Source: Trichinella spiralis
Lineage: Eukaryota
NCBI RefSeq assembly: GCF_000181795.1
Contig: NW_003526948.1
Location: 1,005,444-1,069,443 of the forward strand
Direction: 5' to 3'
Length of the DNA stretch: 64,000 nucleotides
Positions 58,101-64,000 of this stretch are shown in pieces. The translations under genes and the position numbers were made by a program. The notes under the pieces were generated by a model. That model saw nothing but the letters and a program-made list of their open reading frames with translations, was not told where the DNA came from and did not search any database. The stretch's first letter is position 1. The number at the start of each line of letters is the position of its first letter.

Positions 58101-61100
58101 TTTCAACCAGATGACATCTAACAGACCCTTTGATCTAGCCTGTTTTATTGCTGAACTGAGGAAGTTTTTGTAAAGCAAAAATGAAAACAGTTATTTGGTT
58201 TTTTCATTTTTATTATTTAAATATAAAAAAACATAATAATAAAGAAAAGCTCCTTCTTTTTTGTGGTTAAATTTTTCATCTTTAAAAGAATGGTATCGAC
58301 CAGGAAAAGGAGGAAAATTCGACTGGGAGTCATTAAACACTTTTCAGTTTTGTCATAAATTTGACTCTTTAAATTAATAACTGTTCTTTGAGTGGTACGT
58401 GCTGAAAATATTCCCCGATATTCATTATTCGTTTGCTTAATGAGATGATTGCATTGCGGAGTTGGTTTGCCAGAAACGTTGTGCTTTTTGACATATCAAA
58501 AGTATTAATAAGATCATTATCAATAAGGTAACTAAATCAAATCGATTGCAATTGTTTTAATATTTCTTCTTCTTCTTCTTCCTTTTTTGTTTTATAAATA
58601 ACAAATAGAAAAAAATGGCTTCATTTATTTTATTAATATGAAAATATGAAAAGCAGTACTTTGTTTTCGTGCTTGATGAAATTAACATTAAAAGAAAATC
58701 TGCCAAAAGTAGATAGACAAGCCAATAATTGTCATGTTAATTTTCGGAAATGAAAATTGACATTCGTCTTCGGTGTGTGATGGTCATGTTGACCAAGCTT
58801 AAAAGCATGTGATGATTGGTGTTTGCTTTGCTGACCGCTTATCCGTTCAATTCTAGAGATAGCATTTAGCCAAATTCTCGCATCTGCGCCAATAAAGCAA
58901 ACACATGTGTACATTTTGCGCACAACAAAGCTCAAGACTGCATTTTGCTTTTTCTGCGTCAATTCAGGTGAACTGAACATTTGTCCCAGCAATAACAGCA
59001 AAAACATAACTGCCACTTATTTTCTTTTCATGCATCACACTTTTTCCTTTCATGTAATATAACATTGCTAAGCAAGGTGAGGTAAAGTTTTTTCCCTTTT
59101 TTTCAATTGTTTTTCAAATGAATTTACTCACCACTTGTGATTTGCATGAAAAAATAAACAAACAAAAACCACATGCAGAAGCATTTATTTATTGTTTCAC
59201 GTCGTCTAGACACGAGCTTTAATGCAAATGCAACGTCTCAATGCTACTATTGCGAACTTTTTAATCTACTAACAGTTGATAAACAAGATTGTAAACATGC
59301 ATGCTAACGTGAAAAGCCGATTTAATGATTGAAAACATTTCTTCTTCTTCTTCTTCTTCTTTTACATAAGTTTACAGCGGCATTTTACATTTCAGTAATA
59401 TCATCTACTTATTAGTATTTTGCATTTAAAAAAAAAGCAAATTGTTCTGTCACTCAGTTATTTGATGACTGACTGGTAATTCAGATTTGATTTTGAGAAA
59501 TTTAACTTAAAAATCAATTTCCTTATCACTATCAATATTATTAAATTTAATATTAAAATTGAAATTTCAAACGATGCTTTCAACAATTTCAAATTAACAG
59601 TTGTACACAACAAGTTCCGTATCACAACAAATTGAATATTTGAAGTTCTATTTCAATTGTAATTTATGGCTTAGAAATGCTTCGAAAAACCTATTTTTAT
59701 TATTTTTTTTCTTGCTTCTTCTCTTCTGAATTGTATATGTACATTTTACAAGATTCCATTCATAACCATTCCAATCATGTATCTAATTTAAATTGTGATT
59801 TGCAGCTGGATTTGTCAATGATCGATCCATACACAAAACGGACGATACAAAATATGTATTTATTTTATACTCTTAAAAAAACTTTTTACATTTTCAAAGT
59901 ATCCAAAAATGTGTAAAAATAAGTATGTTTTAACTATTCATTTGCAATATTGAAGACAATAAACCAATCGGCAATGATAGAACAGTGAATAAAAATTTAA
60001 CACGAACTTGTTCAACGTACTATCCATATAAAAGAAATGTTATTTTCTTCTTATTCTAAAATGCAAATTATCTTACATTGTTTTGCTTTTCCCTAAATGC
60101 AGCATTCATTTATGAGAACGGCGCTATTTTCAATTTCAATAAATAGCAGCAAAGCAATGATCTATCTGTCTATCTTTCTTTCTATTTGCTATTTATCACA
60201 TGCTTCTCATTTCAGCTGTTTCAGCATCATTTATGTCGCTTGGTTGTAATAGATGATAACAAAATGAAAAGAACCACATCATTAATTGTTCATATGTGAT
60301 ATAAAGATTCAGCACATTTAACCTAGCCAAATAGTGATCAAAGTAAATATTTGTTGTTTTTATTGATGCCTTGATATTACTTCATCAATTAAACTATAAC
60401 ACATCCGGCTTAATTCTTGACACAGACTGATATTGTTATTTGCATGTTCTATTAATGAATATGTTTATTGTTTAATGGAAATATCATTAATTTGTTCAAT
60501 TTTAGTTCTTTTTATTTTTGTTAAAGTTTCATTTCACGGATTATTCACTTCATTTCATTCAATTATTTTCATTACAATGAATTACAACTTTTCATTAGAT
60601 CATTACCACGGGTAGAGCTTCCATTTCAAAAAAAACATTTAACAACAACTATTGGCTAAACTAAGTTATGGAAAAAATAAAAATATTGTCCTATTTATTA
60701 AAAAATATCTTTATCCTTCGTGACAATCTACTACTTATGTTCATTCATGCTTTTTATGCCTGCATTTTACACAGCTTTAATGGAATGAAATATTAAATTA
60801 ATTCTTGATTTGTAATTTTACTGAAAATCTTACATTATGCAATTTATTGTAGTTAATAAATTGTTTTGATAACTTTTGTTTTGAAATTGTTTATCCGCTT
60901 CATTTTATCTAATTAACTATGACACTTCTAAAAAGAGAACATTTTTCAAAAAATTTCGTAACATATATGAGCAGCTGAATAAAACAGTAATGCTTACTAT
61001 GTATAATGCTAGTTAGACGGAAGTTTTTTTTATCAATAAAGTGTTATTGTTAATTTTCAATGAATGTAAAATAACATAGAAAAGAAAAATTAAGTTTTCA

Positions 61101-62200
61101 ATGAAACACAATACACTAACTAACTATCATTCAATTTTTAAGGATTTATCATAATTCTTCAAAATTTTTTACTTGTTGTTATTCAATTAAGTCTTTATAT
61201 ATACTTATATTATTATTCTGCAGCACAGTAAATAGGAGTAGCAAAGATAAAGTAGCAGAATGCAAGTTTTCAAAGTTAGGCCAATAAATTTGTTCATTGT
61301 TAAAAGATCTTGTAAAATTGCTATTGAAGCATCCAGCCATAAATTCAGTAAAGCTTACTTGACCTAAGGAAGTTAGTAGCATTTTGTTTTAAACTGATGA
61401 TCATCAGAGAGGCTTCCTTTCATGCTTAAATTTTCTAAGAACGATTTTCTTCTCAGCTATTATTGATCGCAGCCGATTAAGAAAGTGGGAAAATTTTCAT
61501 CCTGTTAATGGACACTTCTTAATTATTACAGCAATTAGCGTGTTTCAAAAAAAGCAGTCTTAAAAATTTAAACATTATAGATTCATCCATTGAAGAAGTA
61601 TTGTGGTTTTTTTATTCATTCTTAAATTTATTTTGAAATATAAAATCGCCAGTGACCACCATGCTAGTTTGCTGAAAACATTTGCTTTGATCTAGCTGTT
61701 AGTATGATTTACGAGCAAAACTGCTTATGAGCGGCATGTTTCCGGAAAATAAACTTGTCAGCAAAGTCTGACGGAAGCAAGTGATTATCTTCAACCATTG
61801 CAGTGCAGCCGTCTCCGTCGCTCGTTCTCACCCTCCAATAAACATCAGCATAGCGTCGTCGGCTAAACAGATCAAGCTTATAGATCAAAATTGATTAAGT
61901 GGCCTAACCTGCGGTCATTGTGTGACCGCTTCCCACTTGTCCACTACGTTGCACGCTTGTCTGCAAAAGAGTGTCTTAATTAAAAATTGGTGGTCTTCAT
62001 TATTAAGATATTCATTTATTTCAACATGCTATTTGGTATTTGTAAACTCCATATGCACAGATGTTACGGAAAATACACTGCACATTTAAATTACTTTTCA
62101 TTTATAACATATATTTTAGAAAAGAAAGAATATTTTACAAAATCACTTATAATAATAATAATAATAATATAATTGCAGGAAAATTATTCTGCTGCCATCA

Positions 62201-64000
62201 ATGATGCTCGCTATTCTAATGGACTGCGCTCTATGGTGGTTATTTAGGACTGTGTTGCTGGTTCTATCATTTCTTGGATTATGCACACTCGGTACACCAG
62301 TAGACATTACTACACCTTTAGGTGTTGTTCGAGGCAAACTGGAAACAGTAGCAGGACATCCAGTTGCTTCATTTTTGGGAGTTCCTTTTGGGCAACCTCC
62401 AGTTGGTCAATTACGTTTTCAACCACCACAAATGGTTAAACCGTGGTCTACGGTCAAATTAGCAACAACTCTTGCTAAAGCTTGTTACCAAGGAAAGGAT
62501 ACAACATTTCCAGGATTTCGTGGTGCTGAAATGTGGAATGCTAATACTCCCATAGACGAAGACTGCCTATACTTGAACATGTGGGTGCCATGGGGCGTTC
62601 GCAACGCTACTGTATTAGTATGGTTGTACGGTGGTGGATTTTGGTACGGCAGTCCATCTTTGGAATTGTATGACGGCCGAGCATTTGCATCTGAAGGAAA
62701 TGTAATCATTGTCAATCTCAATTATCGAATGGGTGTTTTTGGATTCTTGTACTTGGATGATCCTCGAGTACCAGGCAACATGGGTTTGCTAGATCAGCAA
62801 CTGGGTTTGCGTTGGATTCGTGAAAATATTGCTTACTTTGGTGGAAACCCGGATAGTGTATGTTTAATTGGTGAAAGTGCCGGCGCAGCTAGTATTGTTG
62901 CGCATATGATATCTGCACAAAGTCAACCTCTGTTTAAAAATGGTATCCTTCAAAGTGGTGCTTTAGACAATCCTTGGGCAATGGAAGTTCCCAAAAAAGC
63001 TTATGGAAAAGCGATGGATTTTGTACGATCACTTAAATGTGATTTTAGTGAAAAAGCGTTGATTATAGATTGTCTACTGAATAAAACTGCCAAACAATTG
63101 AATGACGCCCTGTGGGATGTTACGCTTTCTTTTCTGGAATTTCCATTTGTAATAGTCAGTAAAGATCGAGCCGGATTTTTTACTGAAGATGCATTTATCT
63201 CTCTGCACGAGGGCCATTACAAGAAGGACATGGATTTGATAATTGGAATCAACGAAGATGAAGGCTCTTTTTGGACTTTCTATTACCTTCCGCGTTATTT
63301 TCGGTATAATACTTTTTTCTTTCTTTTCTTTAATAATTTATGTTTTCAATTCATTAATTCTCTATTTACAAACAACTAATGAAACAGGGCTATTGCTTTC
63401 ATTTAAAAATTCAGTTCAGCTAAACTTTTATGTTAGTCTCATTACTGAATTCAGTTTGAGTTTAACAATTCAACTACTTTGAATGTGTTAAAAAAAAGAT
63501 TCTGCAAATGAGCAAGCTTTATTCAGCTCCTTATTTTTCAATTTATTAATTGCATGATGGTAAGCATTATAATTTATCAAATTCTCATGCTGTTGTTATA
63601 TTAATATGATACATTATTTAATTTTTAATTTTCATACGTCTACAATAATTTCAGTTTATATTCAACTTCTTTCTAATATCAAATATCAGCTGATATAAAT
63701 AAATTTGAATAAATGAATATCTACATGCACAATATATTTTTTTTTTATTTTTTCTTTGTTTAAATTGATGAGAATCGATTAATTTAATTTATATATCCAT
63801 TATTTATTGTCTAAAAAGCTTTAAAATGATCGTAAAATGATTATTTTTAAAACGCATGCAGATGATAATTGAATTTTAGCATTGACCAAGAAAATTTGTT
63901 AAATCAAGAAGCATTTTTGGAATGCTTAGAGGAAGCTTTGTCATTATATTCACCGGTAATGCGACGAGCAGCAGCTTTTCATTATTGGGATCGACAGTGT
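62201..64000 (+). CDS. ace-3: Acetylcholinesterase, nematode class C (ACE-3-like); partial, runs off the window end
   Basis: Signal peptide. Choline-site Trp in AEMWN. EDCLYLN. Oxyanion motif GGGFWYG. Catalytic Ser in IGESAG and catalytic Glu in GINEDEG. Exon 62201-63303, next exon from 63880 (IDQENLLNQEAFLECL...). AChE is certain. The class assignment is from remembered similarity to C. elegans ACE-3. Confidence 0.9.

Noticed and set aside
58732..59016. 94-aa minus-strand ORF with a hydrophobic start
   Set aside because: Non-ATG start as called and no homology or splice support; probably a regulatory island upstream of the AChE gene.
62143..63482. Short ORFs overlapping the AChE exon
   Set aside because: Antisense or off-frame shadows of the AChE coding sequence.

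Overview
AT-rich eukaryotic genomic DNA with many short GT-AG introns and TTTTCAG/TTTTAG acceptors. The organism is most plausibly a nematode, and I infer a Trichinella-like clade I species. Hand-spliced genes in order: a partial Ser-rich putative nuclear protein (-), an AP-2/TFAP2 transcription factor (+), Acinus/ACIN1 (-, with a 618-bp Tigger/pogo-type non-autonomous transposon in an intron), ORC5 (-), DCAF4/WDR21-like (-), ZMYND11/BS69-like (+), PLD3-like exonuclease (-), a signal peptide + ShKT + nitrobindin protein (-), an orphan two-exon secreted propeptide (+), a 79-aa Cys-rich single-TM microprotein (-), a FAM89/LURAP1-like adaptor (+), MRPL16 (+), and the 5' part of an ACE-3-like acetylcholinesterase (+). 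The most interesting points are the 36-44 kb block of small secreted or surface proteins, loss of the Walker A motif in ORC5, loss of the PWWP domain in ZMYND11, and tandem AP-2 sites upstream of the AP-2 gene. No tRNA, rRNA or CRISPR was seen. All family calls rest on motif recognition from memory, not database searches, and exon boundaries were read by eye.
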